This document shows positions 35,050-43,514 of a stretch of 61,191 bases of DNA, one piece after another; within the stretch, counting starts at the first letter, position 1; every line of letters starts with the position of its first letter. Under the pieces are notes generated by a model, which was not told the origin of the DNA, did not search any database, and was given only the letters and a program-made list of their open reading frames with translations. Source of the DNA: Candidatus Micrarchaeota archaeon (GTDB lineage: Archaea > Micrarchaeota > Micrarchaeia > Norongarragalinales > Norongarragalinaceae); NCBI GenBank assembly GCA_964477205.1, contig CAYZDE010000001.1:1-61191 (forward strand), written 5' to 3'. A program made the translations under genes and the position numbers.

Positions 35050-36309
35050 TTATATCGATCCCCTGAACTGTTCCGCGGTCAGCACCCGCTTAAACGCGTG
35101 CCCGTACGCGGCGGTTCGATAATCCATTCCTTTTAACTTCTTCACGTATGAAGAGTATAATTCACTGAAAGCGCCCGTCATGCGCTCGCTGAGTAATTGC
35201 ATTACCTTTTCTTCACTCCAGTACCCGCCTTGCCTATTCTGGACCCATTCGAAGTAGGACACGGTTACCCCTCCGGCATTGCACAAAACGTCCGGCAACA
35301 CGTCTACGCCTCTTTCATTAAGTATTTCATCCGCCTCGTTGGTAATCGGCCCGTTGGCTAATTCCAATACTGTTTTTGCGTTTATGGAATCCACGTTTTC
35401 CTTGGTGATGGCGTTTTCCATTGCGGCGGGCACGAGTACGTCGACATCGGATGCAAGCAGGTCCGCGTTACTGGCTTCGTTTCCGAATCCTTTCAGCGAC
35501 CCGTGTTCCTTCTTGTGTAGAATCGCCTCGGCAACGTTCAACTCGTCCGTGATTATCGCGGTTTTGCTGTCGGATATGCCTACTACGGAATAGCCTTCTT
35601 CGGATAGAATGCGCGCCATATTACCTCCCGCGTTTCCAAATCCTTGTATTGCCACGCGCGTTCCCTTTTCTTTTCGTTTGTTAGCGGAAAGGTAAGCATT
35701 TAAAATATTTACGCCGCCCATTGCCGTCGCATAGCTTCTGCCCTCACTTCCTCCGAGCACGAGTGGCTTTCCAGTTATCATGCCCGGCTCGTGCCTTCCC
35801 TTGATTTTCTCGTATTCGTCGAGCATCCAAGCCATTGTCGATTCGTTAGTGTAAACGTCCGGCGCGGGAATGTCTTGGTCTACCCCCAACGCGGGGTGTA
35901 ATTGCCTAATGTACTCGCGGGAAACGTTTTCCAAATCAAGGGATTCGTATTCCTTTGGGTTTATCCTGATTCCCCCTTTGGCTCCGCCGTAAGGCAGGCT
36001 TAAGAGGGAGTTTTTGAGCGTCATTAAGAATGCTAGGGTTTTGACTTGGTTTACCTCGACTGTCGGATGAAAGCGGACTCCTCCTTTAGTGGGGCCGAGT
36101 GCGTCATTGTACTGCACCCTGTATGCTTTAAGCCATTTCTTGCCTTTTGACGTGTTTACCGGGAAGTGCAATTCAAAAACGCGTTTTGGTTCTCCGAGCG
36201 AATTAATTACTTTTTCTTTTTCGAAGCCGCAAACGCTTTTAGTGGTTACCCTGCACTTTTCAGCGACATTGTTTATCCTTTTTTTAACTTGTTCGAAAGC
36301 GTTATCCAT
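35050..36309 (-). CDS. gdhA: glutamate dehydrogenase
   Basis: LPYGGAKGGIRINP, the GFGNAGG Rossmann motif, and 419 aa. Confidence 0.93.
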   Translation of the reverse strand: MDNAFEQVKKRINNVAEKCRVTTKSVCGFEKEKVINSLGEPKRVFELHFPVNTSKGKKWLKAYRVQYNDALGPTKGGVRFHPTVEVNQVKTLAFLMTLKNSLLSLPYGGAKGGIRINPKEYESLDLENVSREYIRQLHPALGVDQDIPAPDVYTNESTMAWMLDEYEKIKGRHEPGMITGKPLVLGGSEGRSYATAMGGVNILNAYLSANKRKEKGTRVAIQGFGNAGGNMARILSEEGYSVVGISDSKTAIITDELNVAEAILHKKEHGSLKGFGNEASNADLLASDVDVLVPAAMENAITKENVDSINAKTVLELANGPITNEADEILNERGVDVLPDVLCNAGGVTVSYFEWVQNRQGGYWSEEKVMQLLSERMTGAFSELYSSYVKKLKGMDYRTAAYGHAFKRVLTAEQFRGSI

Positions 36310-36388
36310 ACCACACCACGATGACGTATTTCATCACACGCGTTTAAATAATCTTTATAGTAGTGCGTTTTAACTGTTGAGAGCCGCA

Positions 36389-37126
36389 CTACCCTTTGCG
36401 GCGCCGGCCCTTGGGCTTGGGAACCTTGTAATGCGGGTAAATTCGGTTTACTTGGTCAATTGAAATGAAAGGCGGGAATCCGCTCGCTTCAAAGCCCGCG
36501 TCCAGCAATAATTCCGCGTTTTCTCCTGAAGCCAATTCCATGATTTTACTTAAGTTTGAAAACGATTTTCGGCCGGCTTCCGGAACATCTAGGCCTAGTA
36601 ATTGCATTAATTTCCTGCTTGCGGATTCGCGCAGCGAAGCGATGCGGGACAATGCTTCGTCGTATTCGACCGTCAAGTTAGCCTTGCGCACTATGCGCCA
36701 TTTGTTCAAATTAGCGGCTAGGCGCAGCGAATTTCCCTTCGCCGCGTTTTCCTTGAACGCGGCCTTTGGAAAGGCACGTCGCTTTAACAAGTATAAATAG
36801 TAAGAGAAGGCGAATTCAACTTCGTCGCCCTTCTTCTTCCTTCCGAATTTGGGTTCGGAGCGCGTTACTAACGAACTTAATCGTGCCTTTAGTGATTTCG
36901 GCTTTATTTTTGCAAGTTCCACTGCAAAATCGGCTTGAGAGCTTATTCGCTTTGCTTGCTCCGCTGCCAGTTTTTCAATTGCCTCGGCGTTTATCGGGGC
37001 TTTAGCAAAAGCTGCGTTGTCACAAGCAGCGCGCAGGACGCGAAGTCCTTGCTCCAGCTCTTTTTCGTCGGTTGTTTCAAGGGAGTAGCCGAGGTTTAGG
37101 GCTTCGCACAAGGCGAATTCCTTCAA
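36389..37126 (-). CDS. hypothetical protein translationally coupled to rpl37ae
   Basis: 245-aa ORF whose TTG start overlaps the L37ae TGA stop (TTGA). Basic C-terminus PKPKGRRRKG. No motif recognised. It sits where Brix/Imp4-like genes lie in many archaeal superoperons but does not resemble them by eye. Confidence 0.5.
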   Translation of the reverse strand: MKEFALCEALNLGYSLETTDEKELEQGLRVLRAACDNAAFAKAPINAEAIEKLAAEQAKRISSQADFAVELAKIKPKSLKARLSSLVTRSEPKFGRKKKGDEVEFAFSYYLYLLKRRAFPKAAFKENAAKGNSLRLAANLNKWRIVRKANLTVEYDEALSRIASLRESASRKLMQLLGLDVPEAGRKSFSNLSKIMELASGENAELLLDAGFEASGFPPFISIDQVNRIYPHYKVPKPKGRRRKG

Positions 37127-37344
37127 CCACGGGTCACCGCTTTCTTAGCTTGTTCACCGAGTTGCGTTGTCGGCGAGTAAGCGCCTCCTGCGAAGGTTGC
37201 TTCGCACGACCCGCACTTCCAAATCGCGTTGGATACGCGCTTGACTTTTTGCTTGCCGCACTTAGGGCAAACGTGCTTGGCCCGCTTTACCTTCAATACG
37301 CTGTTTTCGCGTTTTCTGATTTTAACTCCGTATCGGGAACCCAT
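37123..37344 (-). CDS. rpl37ae: 50S ribosomal protein L37Ae (eL43)
   Basis: GSRYGVKIRKR...CPKCGK...WKCGSC...FAGGAY. Confidence 0.92.
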   Translation of the reverse strand: MGSRYGVKIRKRENSVLKVKRAKHVCPKCGKQKVKRVSNAIWKCGSCEATFAGGAYSPTTQLGEQAKKAVTRG

Positions 37345-37356
37345 TTTGCTTCACCC

Positions 37357-38127
37357 TTAAATTTGCGAGCGCAACCATGCGCTCTTTTCAATGGTTATGC
37401 CCAAGGTTTGCATCAAGTCGTCTTTTGACAACCCTGCTCGGCCACTCTTCTGGCCTGCACAAGCAAGGTCACCGTCCGAGACGCCCCAAGTCATGCGGCC
37501 TTCGCTCGCGATTTCCTCGGGTTCTGTAGCGTCTAGGACGAGCTTGCCCCCGATTTGCTCGAAGGTGCATGACGCGACGCTGCGGGATAATTCGAGTTGC
37601 CCTTCGTACTCGCCTCGCACGATGGCCCCGTCTTCGTACTTCGGGACTTTAGTGTTTTTGAGGGCCGCCATGGCCGCTAGGGCCGAGGTATCCTGTAGGT
37701 TGCCGCAGTTGTCTAGTACGTACAAGTCCACGAATATTCCTAGTACCTTGTCCTCTTCGAGGTAGAGCTTCTTAACGTCAACGCACTCCGCGCTTCGAAT
37801 CCCGCGGTCCACGACGCGCGAGAGCTCGATGGCCTCTATTTTGGGAGGGCCCGGGTAGTATTCGGGGTGAGCGAGAACGCAGAACTCCGAGTTCACCATG
37901 AACACGCCTTCGTCCGGCCTGTCGGAAAAAGGCTTCATCAAGTTGAACTTAACGCCGGAGAGGACTTTCGTGTCCCCTATTTGCACGAGGGCGCTGCCGT
38001 CGGCATTCGGAATGTAATCCTTTGTTACCTTGATTTCACGGTAATCCAGTAGGCCGCGGTCGTCCGCGCGCTTATTGTCCTTGATTAATTCGTTTATGTA
38101 ATCCGTTTTGATTTCGTCGACTATCAT
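37357..38127 (-). CDS. rrp42: exosome complex component Rrp42
   Basis: RNase PH-like inactive subunit pattern (RADDRGLLDYREI...DGSALVQIGDTKVL...VDLYVLDNCGNLQD). Sits downstream of Rrp41. Confidence 0.88.
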   Translation of the reverse strand: MIVDEIKTDYINELIKDNKRADDRGLLDYREIKVTKDYIPNADGSALVQIGDTKVLSGVKFNLMKPFSDRPDEGVFMVNSEFCVLAHPEYYPGPPKIEAIELSRVVDRGIRSAECVDVKKLYLEEDKVLGIFVDLYVLDNCGNLQDTSALAAMAALKNTKVPKYEDGAIVRGEYEGQLELSRSVASCTFEQIGGKLVLDATEPEEIASEGRMTWGVSDGDLACAGQKSGRAGLSKDDLMQTLGITIEKSAWLRSQI

Positions 38128-38870
38128 TTTAATTCACCGTTTATTTTTGAAGAGACTTCCTCGTAATGCTCTTTTAAGGCGCGCGCTTGAATCTCGTGTA
38201 GGCTCTTCGAGCCCTCGACGACCATGTCGTACGCCTTTGAGATTTCCTCTCTCGTGAGCATTCCATCCATTTGGTATAGTATTATCTCGCCGGTTCGCGG
38301 GGATAGTATGGTTGGGACGTCGCTTTCTCCCAGGTTGTCTTCGTACTTGTCCAAGTCCAGGATGAGGTGGCCGTCAGCCTTTCCGCAGGCAACGCCACAG
38401 GCCAAGTCGCGCATCGGGATGCCCGCGTCCGCGAGCGCCACTGCCGCAGCGTTCACCGCGGCGACGCGCGTTCCACCGTCGCTTTGTAATACTTCAATGT
38501 GGATTTCAATCGCGGTCTTCGGGAACAAGTGCGTTAGCACTTGGTTCTCGAATACGTGCTCGATAACCTTGCTGATTTCACGGCTGCGGCGGTTCGGCCC
38601 GCTTCTGCCGTGCTCTTCCGCTCCGGAGAACGGGGCCATCAAGTATCTCGCGATTATCTTGGTGCGGTAAGGGTTGGCTAAGCGCTTTGGGAAGCACTCT
38701 TTAGGCCCGTAAACCGCGGCGAGTACTTTGTTGTTGCCCCACTGCAGTAATGCAGAGCCGTCCGCGCGCTTCAGTACGCCGGCTTTAATCTTGACTTCTC
38801 GAAGGTCGGTTATGTTTCTCCCGCTCAACCTCTTTCCGTCCGGGGAGACTAATTCTTTTTTCTCACTCAT
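38124..38870 (-). CDS. rrp41: exosome complex exonuclease Rrp41 (RNase PH)
   Basis: GRNITDLREVKIKAGVLKRADGSALLQWGNNKVLAAVYGP...RRSREI...QSDGGTR. Confidence 0.9.
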   Translation of the reverse strand: MSEKKELVSPDGKRLSGRNITDLREVKIKAGVLKRADGSALLQWGNNKVLAAVYGPKECFPKRLANPYRTKIIARYLMAPFSGAEEHGRSGPNRRSREISKVIEHVFENQVLTHLFPKTAIEIHIEVLQSDGGTRVAAVNAAAVALADAGIPMRDLACGVACGKADGHLILDLDKYEDNLGESDVPTILSPRTGEIILYQMDGMLTREEISKAYDMVVEGSKSLHEIQARALKEHYEEVSSKINGELK

Positions 38871-39486
38871 CGTTACTTACACCTTTTGACTCTTTTTCTA
38901 GGAACGTGTTTATGCGTTCGGTTAAGCCGCTAACATGCGATTCGTTGCAAATTTTGAGTATTGCACGAACGGCTAGCTTCGTGTTGCCTTCTTGAACGTA
39001 AATGCGGCCGTTCTTGCCTACGAATATTTGCGTTTTCGTGTACTCTTTTATGGTTGCGAGCATGCTCCCGTTCCTGCCGATTACGCGCGGCACTTTCACG
39101 GGATCGATTTCAATTAGCTCTCCCCCGCTGAAGCCTTGCGGGTCGTCCGCGCTAGCGTCGTTAACCTCGTTCACGGTGAACAATTTCACGGCGACAACGT
39201 CGCCTTCCTTGTACTCCTCGCGGCAGTCCCTGTCGCTAAGCCTCGCCAAGTACGGGGAGTTTAAGTCCAGCAGGTACCCTGTTATCAACAAAGTCTTGAC
39301 TATGCCTAAGACATAGTCTCCGCGTACCGGAACGTATTTTCCCTTCAAGGGTATGATTCGGTCGTCTCCGGCTAAGCTGATGATCGTTGCATACGACTTT
39401 CCGTTTTCTTCAAAGCAAGCGTTTCCGCGTTCCTGCCTGCAAGATGGAATCTCCTCGCCGGGAATTACTATTTCCTTCATTTTCAT
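38863..39486 (-). CDS. rrp4: exosome RNA-binding subunit Rrp4 (S1 + KH), compact
   Basis: VIPGEEI, an S1-like GDYVLGIVK...LDLNSPYLARL and a KH-like RVIGRNGSMLATIKEYT. Its position is between SBDS and Rrp41. Confidence 0.85.
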   Translation of the reverse strand: MKMKEIVIPGEEIPSCRQERGNACFEENGKSYATIISLAGDDRIIPLKGKYVPVRGDYVLGIVKTLLITGYLLDLNSPYLARLSDRDCREEYKEGDVVAVKLFTVNEVNDASADDPQGFSGGELIEIDPVKVPRVIGRNGSMLATIKEYTKTQIFVGKNGRIYVQEGNTKLAVRAILKICNESHVSGLTERINTFLEKESKGVSNDE

Positions 39487-39492
39487 ATCACT

Positions 39493-40182
39493 TCACAATA
39501 ATTTGGTTTGTACGCTGCCCGCGGTGAGCTTGTTCAACTTGTTATAGAACTCGCCTTGCAGGCCTGCCGGGAATTTGCAAACGCATCGCAGCGAGCCGTC
39601 GCCGCGCCACTCTTCGCCGCTCATCCCGTACTCTTTGAGCGTGCCGTAACACTTTCCCGCGTGCTGTGCGGGAAGCACTATTTCCACTTTCAATTCTTCC
39701 GTACTAATCGGTATTATCTCCCTTAACGCCTCGATGACTTCCTGTACTTGCTCGTCAACGGGCTTGAACGCGTCGATTTTCACCTTAGCTTCTTCCATTG
39801 CGTTCTCAATGCGCTGGGGCGGGTGCGGCGCCTTATTCTTCGGGTCCACGGCAATGCGTGCGATTGCCGCGATTATTTTCGACTTCTTCTCGGCCAACGC
39901 CTTCCTGCGCTGGTCCGTGGTTAACTGTAATCCTCCCTTGGCGAAGATTTTCTTGGCGATTTCCGTGATGTCGCTCGTACCGAACGCCTTCTCCAGCTTT
40001 GCTGAGGTTTGCCTTTCACCCTTCTTCGCGTCCTTGAACACTTCATCCGAGACGAGCACTTTTTCGAGGTTGTTAATCGCCCCGGTTTTATACTCGTAAG
40101 CCAGTTTCGGGTCTACCAGTATTTCGAAGTGTTCGCCCCCGCTTTCATAGCGTGCGATTATCGTGTTTTCTATGCCGCTCAT
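39493..40182 (-). CDS. SBDS (Shwachman-Bodian-Diamond) family ribosome maturation protein
   Basis: IARYESGGEHFEILVDP...AFGTSD..EIAKKI..KGGLQLT. Conserved superoperon position. Confidence 0.88.
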   Translation of the reverse strand: MSGIENTIIARYESGGEHFEILVDPKLAYEYKTGAINNLEKVLVSDEVFKDAKKGERQTSAKLEKAFGTSDITEIAKKIFAKGGLQLTTDQRRKALAEKKSKIIAAIARIAVDPKNKAPHPPQRIENAMEEAKVKIDAFKPVDEQVQEVIEALREIIPISTEELKVEIVLPAQHAGKCYGTLKEYGMSGEEWRGDGSLRCVCKFPAGLQGEFYNKLNKLTAGSVQTKLL

Positions 40183-40892
40183 TTTTCAGTAAGCGCCTTT
40201 TCGATTTCCTTTTTGTTAAGCATCTTTACGCGCCTATCTTTCAAGCGGATTATCGCGAGGTCCACTTTGCCCGGCGTGAGTTTCTCTTCACTCGCCTTTC
40301 GCAAGGCCTTGAGCACGAGCTTTATTCCCTCGTCAACCGTGATGTTTTCATTGTATTCCTTCTTTAGGATTTCTTCAACGACTTTCTTGCCCGAGCCGAT
40401 GGCGCAAGCCTTGTACTCGAAGAGCGCGCCGCTCGGGTCGGTTTCGAATAAGTGCACTCCTCCGTCAGTGCCCGCCAGCAGGAGCGATACCCCGTAAGGC
40501 CTAACTCCCGCGAATTGAGTGTAATACTGAATGTGGTCGCCTAGCATTTTAGAGAGTAAGTCAACCGGAATTTCCTCGTCGTAAGATAAGCGGTGCTTTT
40601 GCGCTTCAAGGCGCGCGATGTCCACCAAGCGCCTCGCGTCCGCGACTAGCCCGCTGGAAGAAGCGACCATGTGCGAGTCGATTTGGAAGATTTTCTCGTG
40701 GCTCGCACTCACCGCTAGCGGGTTGTTAATGCGCTTGTGTGCAGCGAGGATTACCCCGTCCTTACAAACGATGCCTATGCTCGTCGCTCCCGTGCGTACT
40801 GCCTCGCGCGCGTATTCTACTTGGAATAAGCGCCCGTCGGGCGAGAACACTGTAATTGCTCGGTCATACGCTGCCTGAGAAGGAGGATACAT
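40179..40892 (-). CDS. psmA: proteasome subunit alpha
   Basis: YDRAITVFSPDGRLFQVEYAREAV, GATSIGI. Confidence 0.93.
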   Translation of the reverse strand: MYPPSQAAYDRAITVFSPDGRLFQVEYAREAVRTGATSIGIVCKDGVILAAHKRINNPLAVSASHEKIFQIDSHMVASSSGLVADARRLVDIARLEAQKHRLSYDEEIPVDLLSKMLGDHIQYYTQFAGVRPYGVSLLLAGTDGGVHLFETDPSGALFEYKACAIGSGKKVVEEILKKEYNENITVDEGIKLVLKALRKASEEKLTPGKVDLAIIRLKDRRVKMLNKKEIEKALTEK

Positions 40893-40993
40893 TCCTTAAA
40901 CACCTCTAAACTTGACGAATTAGGCCCTAAATAAGTAGGGCATTGATTGTTATTTTTTTTTCCGTCCAAAAAATGTGCCTCAGCACCTTTTTA

Positions 40994-41281
40994 TTACTTT
41001 AGTAATGCCTTAAGCGTGCCTGAAACGCGCTTAATTCGCAGGGACGCGCGCTTGCCGGAAAAATCGCGTTTGAAGGCGAGCGCGGCAATGACTTCATCGA
41101 GTTGAGAGTGGTTGCATTTCACCACGAAATTGCCTTTGACTATCTCCGGCCTTGCATTAGCCCGGGACGCCCCCGCCACTCCCAAGAAGTCTTTCACGGC
41201 TTCACGAACGCAATCCTCAAAATCATCGGAGTTCACGCCGAGTGCGTCGACGAGTATCCACCTTTGCTTCTCGCGCATCAT
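40994..41281 (-). CDS. rnp2: RNase P protein component 2 (Pop5-like)
   Basis: 95 aa with KQRWILVDAL...AVKDFLGVAGAS...VVKCNHSQLDEVIAAL...LRIKRVSGTLK. Conserved position next to psmA. Confidence 0.65.
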   Translation of the reverse strand: MMREKQRWILVDALGVNSDDFEDCVREAVKDFLGVAGASRANARPEIVKGNFVVKCNHSQLDEVIAALAFKRDFSGKRASLRIKRVSGTLKALLK

Positions 41282-41823
41282 TTTAATTCCTCCGCAAAAG
41301 CAAGTAATGCCTTGTTCCTGTGTGATAATGCGTTCTTCTCGTCGCGGGTCATCTCCGAGAAAGTTTTCTCGAATCCTTCTGGAATGAACACGCGGTCATA
41401 AGGCAAGCGCTCGCGCTCCTCGCCTTTCTCACACTCTGCAATCGAGCCATTGCAAACGCCTTTGAATACCTTGACTTCCTTGTTCGGCTCGGCGTAAGCA
41501 ACGAGCGTTTCAAAGCGCGCTTTCCTGCCTTTGCCTTCCAAGAGCTTGAGGATGCCTTCGATCTTGATTCCATCGACTACGAACTTTGCGTAAACTCCCG
41601 GGAAGTCGTTGAACGCTTCAAAGTACAATGCCGTGTCCTCCACGAACACGGGAGCGTTCGCCTTGGCTAGAGCTTGCCTTGCTTTAGAGCGAACGATTGC
41701 CTCGTGCCCTAACTCGTGCGGCTCGAACATGCCTAATTCGAGTTGTTCGACTTCGTGCGGTGCGAGTATCATGCGCGCTTCCTTTAGTTTTCCGGGGTTA
41801 GCGGTTGCGAACAATAATTTCAC
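41278..41823 (-). CDS. non-canonical purine NTP pyrophosphatase (HAM1/RdgB)
   Basis: FATANPGKLKEA, FVEDTALYFEAFNDFPGVY, SHRNKAL. Confidence 0.88.
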   Translation of the reverse strand: MKLLFATANPGKLKEARMILAPHEVEQLELGMFEPHELGHEAIVRSKARQALAKANAPVFVEDTALYFEAFNDFPGVYAKFVVDGIKIEGILKLLEGKGRKARFETLVAYAEPNKEVKVFKGVCNGSIAECEKGEERERLPYDRVFIPEGFEKTFSEMTRDEKNALSHRNKALLAFAEELK

Positions 41824-42290
41824 TTGATTTCACCCAAAGCAGAGTACGCCTGCTGTTGCGTCAAACCGAGGAGAACGCCGAAGGCGACGAGGCCGCGCGG
41901 AGAGCGCAATTCGAATTCGTCGGTAGCGCCGCTGGTCAAGCAATACTTGAGCCCGCGCTTTACCAGCTTTTCCACTAGCATTCGGCCTTTGCCTAAGTCT
42001 TTTGCAGTGGAATAGTCGCGGAAGCATAATTCAACGTAGTGCCCCTTGAGCGCTGCAAAGAGTTCGTCGTCCCGCCAGTATTTCTCTAATTCAGTGAGAT
42101 TCACCAGTAAATGCTCGTGCTTCTTCAATGCATTCAATAGCGCGCGCTTGCTCTTGGTTTTTACGAGAGCGCTTGTTATTGACCCGTCAGCCTTGGGCTC
42201 GCAAGGCTCTCGCTCTATTGCCTTATTGAATCCGAGTTGACTGATTGCCTTCGCCGCGATTTTTCCTTCAATGTGGTTGTCGACTTTCAT
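41820..42290 (-). CDS. rnp3: RNase P protein component 3 (Rpp30-like), shortened
   Basis: The C-terminal pattern YVELCFRD...LVKRGLKYCLTSGATDEFELRSPRGLVAFGVLLGL resembles Rpp30 (SSGA...lR.P.dl). Only ~156 aa from the ATG at 42290, which immediately follows the L15e stop. The ORF-track start at 42374 overlaps L15e. Confidence 0.5.
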   Translation of the reverse strand: MKVDNHIEGKIAAKAISQLGFNKAIEREPCEPKADGSITSALVKTKSKRALLNALKKHEHLLVNLTELEKYWRDDELFAALKGHYVELCFRDYSTAKDLGKGRMLVEKLVKRGLKYCLTSGATDEFELRSPRGLVAFGVLLGLTQQQAYSALGEIK

Positions 42291-42682
42291 TTTGTCTTCA
42301 ATAACACGTCGAAGAATTGCGCGGTTCCATCGCACCCGGCGAAGTAAGAGCCGATTAACTCGGCGTTCTTGCACCTTCGCAAGGCCTTTTGTTCAGCGAA
42401 CCATCTCCACGGCTTGCCCGGGTTTTCGCGCTTGCGGTTCTTCCCGGGCTTTCTGCCTAATGCGGCTTTCGGCCTTATACGCTTTCCGCGCTTGGTTTTC
42501 ACTCGGTAAACAAAATAACCGGTCTTGGCTTTAAAGCCTAATTCGCGGGCGCGCACAGGGTTCGAGGGCTTTTCCGCCCGCTGGACGGTGTTGCCTTTTT
42601 TCCACGCACGAACGCGCTCTTTTGCCCTCGGAGTCTTGTACGACTCGGCGAAGGATTTTCTAATGTACTTGTCAGCACCCAT
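42287..42682 (-). CDS. rpl15e: 50S ribosomal protein L15e (short form)
   Basis: YIRKSF...RVRAWKKGNTVQRAEKPSNPVRARELGFKAKTGYFVYRVKTKRG...AEQKALRRCKNAELIGSYF. Only 131 aa, so it is C-terminally shorter than typical L15e. Confidence 0.85.
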   Translation of the reverse strand: MGADKYIRKSFAESYKTPRAKERVRAWKKGNTVQRAEKPSNPVRARELGFKAKTGYFVYRVKTKRGKRIRPKAALGRKPGKNRKRENPGKPWRWFAEQKALRRCKNAELIGSYFAGCDGTAQFFDVLLKTK

Positions 42683-42773
42683 GTTAGTTACACCTCAATT
42701 CAGGCCGCTTTTTGCAAAAGCGGGCCCCTACATCTTGAGCGGAGATAATACGAACTCTAGCCCTTATTAATGC

Positions 42774-42977
42774 TTACGCGCGGCTAGCGAGTTTCACGTC
42801 GTCCGAGTTAACGGTCTTGCGCCCGGCGTGTTTTGCGAGTTGCACTGCCTTAGACGAGATGTCGATGCCGATTTCCTCTAGAATATCCGCCAACGCTTCC
42901 GCCGCATCCTGTGACACGCGCTCTGCGCCGGCTTTTCGAATCAAGCGCTCTACAGGCGCTATTGGTAAAACAGCCAT
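42774..42977 (-). CDS. archaeal histone (HMf family)
   Basis: 67 aa with [32 protein letters not shown]...[21 protein letters not shown]. Confidence 0.92.
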   Translation of the reverse strand: MAVLPIAPVERLIRKAGAERVSQDAAEALADILEEIGIDISSKAVQLAKHAGRKTVNSDDVKLASRA

Positions 42978-42997
42978 ATCTAAATCCCCACCATCTA

Positions 42998-43080
42998 GCG
43001 GTTCGCAAATGAACCGCGAGAGTTGCGGTTCGCAGCTCTCGCGAACCAGTGCGGTTCGCTCAATCCCGAAGCGAGAACGC
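42998..43080. repeat. cluster of alternating GCGGTTCGC / GCGAACC(GC) inverted repeats upstream of the histone gene
   Basis: gcggttcgc occurs at 42998, 43025 and 43051 (spacing 26-27 nt), interleaved with gaaccgc (43011) and gcgaacc (43041). Several mutually exclusive 7-8 bp hairpins are possible. Confidence 0.7.
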
Positions 43081-43151
43081 TAACGGGAATTAAGGCTAAA
43101 CAAAACCATTCTTAAAAGCTTTTTCCGGAACGAACGCGCTTCCGGTGAACT

Positions 43152-43463
43152 TCATTTGCGGCTATTCATCCTTGAAATCTCTTTTTTCCAAGCAGCTTGC
43201 CATTCCGAGCGCTCTTCAATTGTCAATTCCTCGTGTTTTCCCAAGGAGTTTAAGGCAATGAGCCGAACGCCAAGGTTTTCGTGTTCAAGCAAGGATTCCT
43301 TGATTTCTTGCGGAGTTGCACCCAAAGTAACCAATCGTCTAGCAGCGGGAAGTTGCAGGTTATGCCGATCTACTTTTTGGTTTAGTATTTCCCTTGCTTC
43401 TTCAATGTTGAGGGAGGTCATGCGCTTTAGCGTGCTTACCTCTTCATTACTCCTCGTCATCAC
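43152..43463 (-). CDS. hypothetical protein
   Basis: 103-aa ORF, predicted helical, no motif recognised. Confidence 0.45.
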   Translation of the reverse strand: MMTRSNEEVSTLKRMTSLNIEEAREILNQKVDRHNLQLPAARRLVTLGATPQEIKESLLEHENLGVRLIALNSLGKHEELTIEERSEWQAAWKKEISRMNSRK

Positions 43464-43514
43464 TGGAAAGTATGTCTCGCTGGATTAAAAAGAATAACGG
43501 ACGTTACATTTCGT

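Noticed and set aside
40893-40993. The hairpin GCCCTA-aataag-TAGGGC and T/A runs between pop5 and psmA as a possible small RNA.
   Set aside because: This is more simply explained as a terminator and promoter spacer inside the superoperon, and no further conserved structure is visible.
42291-42374. N-terminal extension of the Rpp30-like ORF (MQERRVNRLLLRRVRWNR...).
   Set aside because: It lies entirely inside the L15e coding region in another frame. The ATG at 42290 directly follows the L15e stop.
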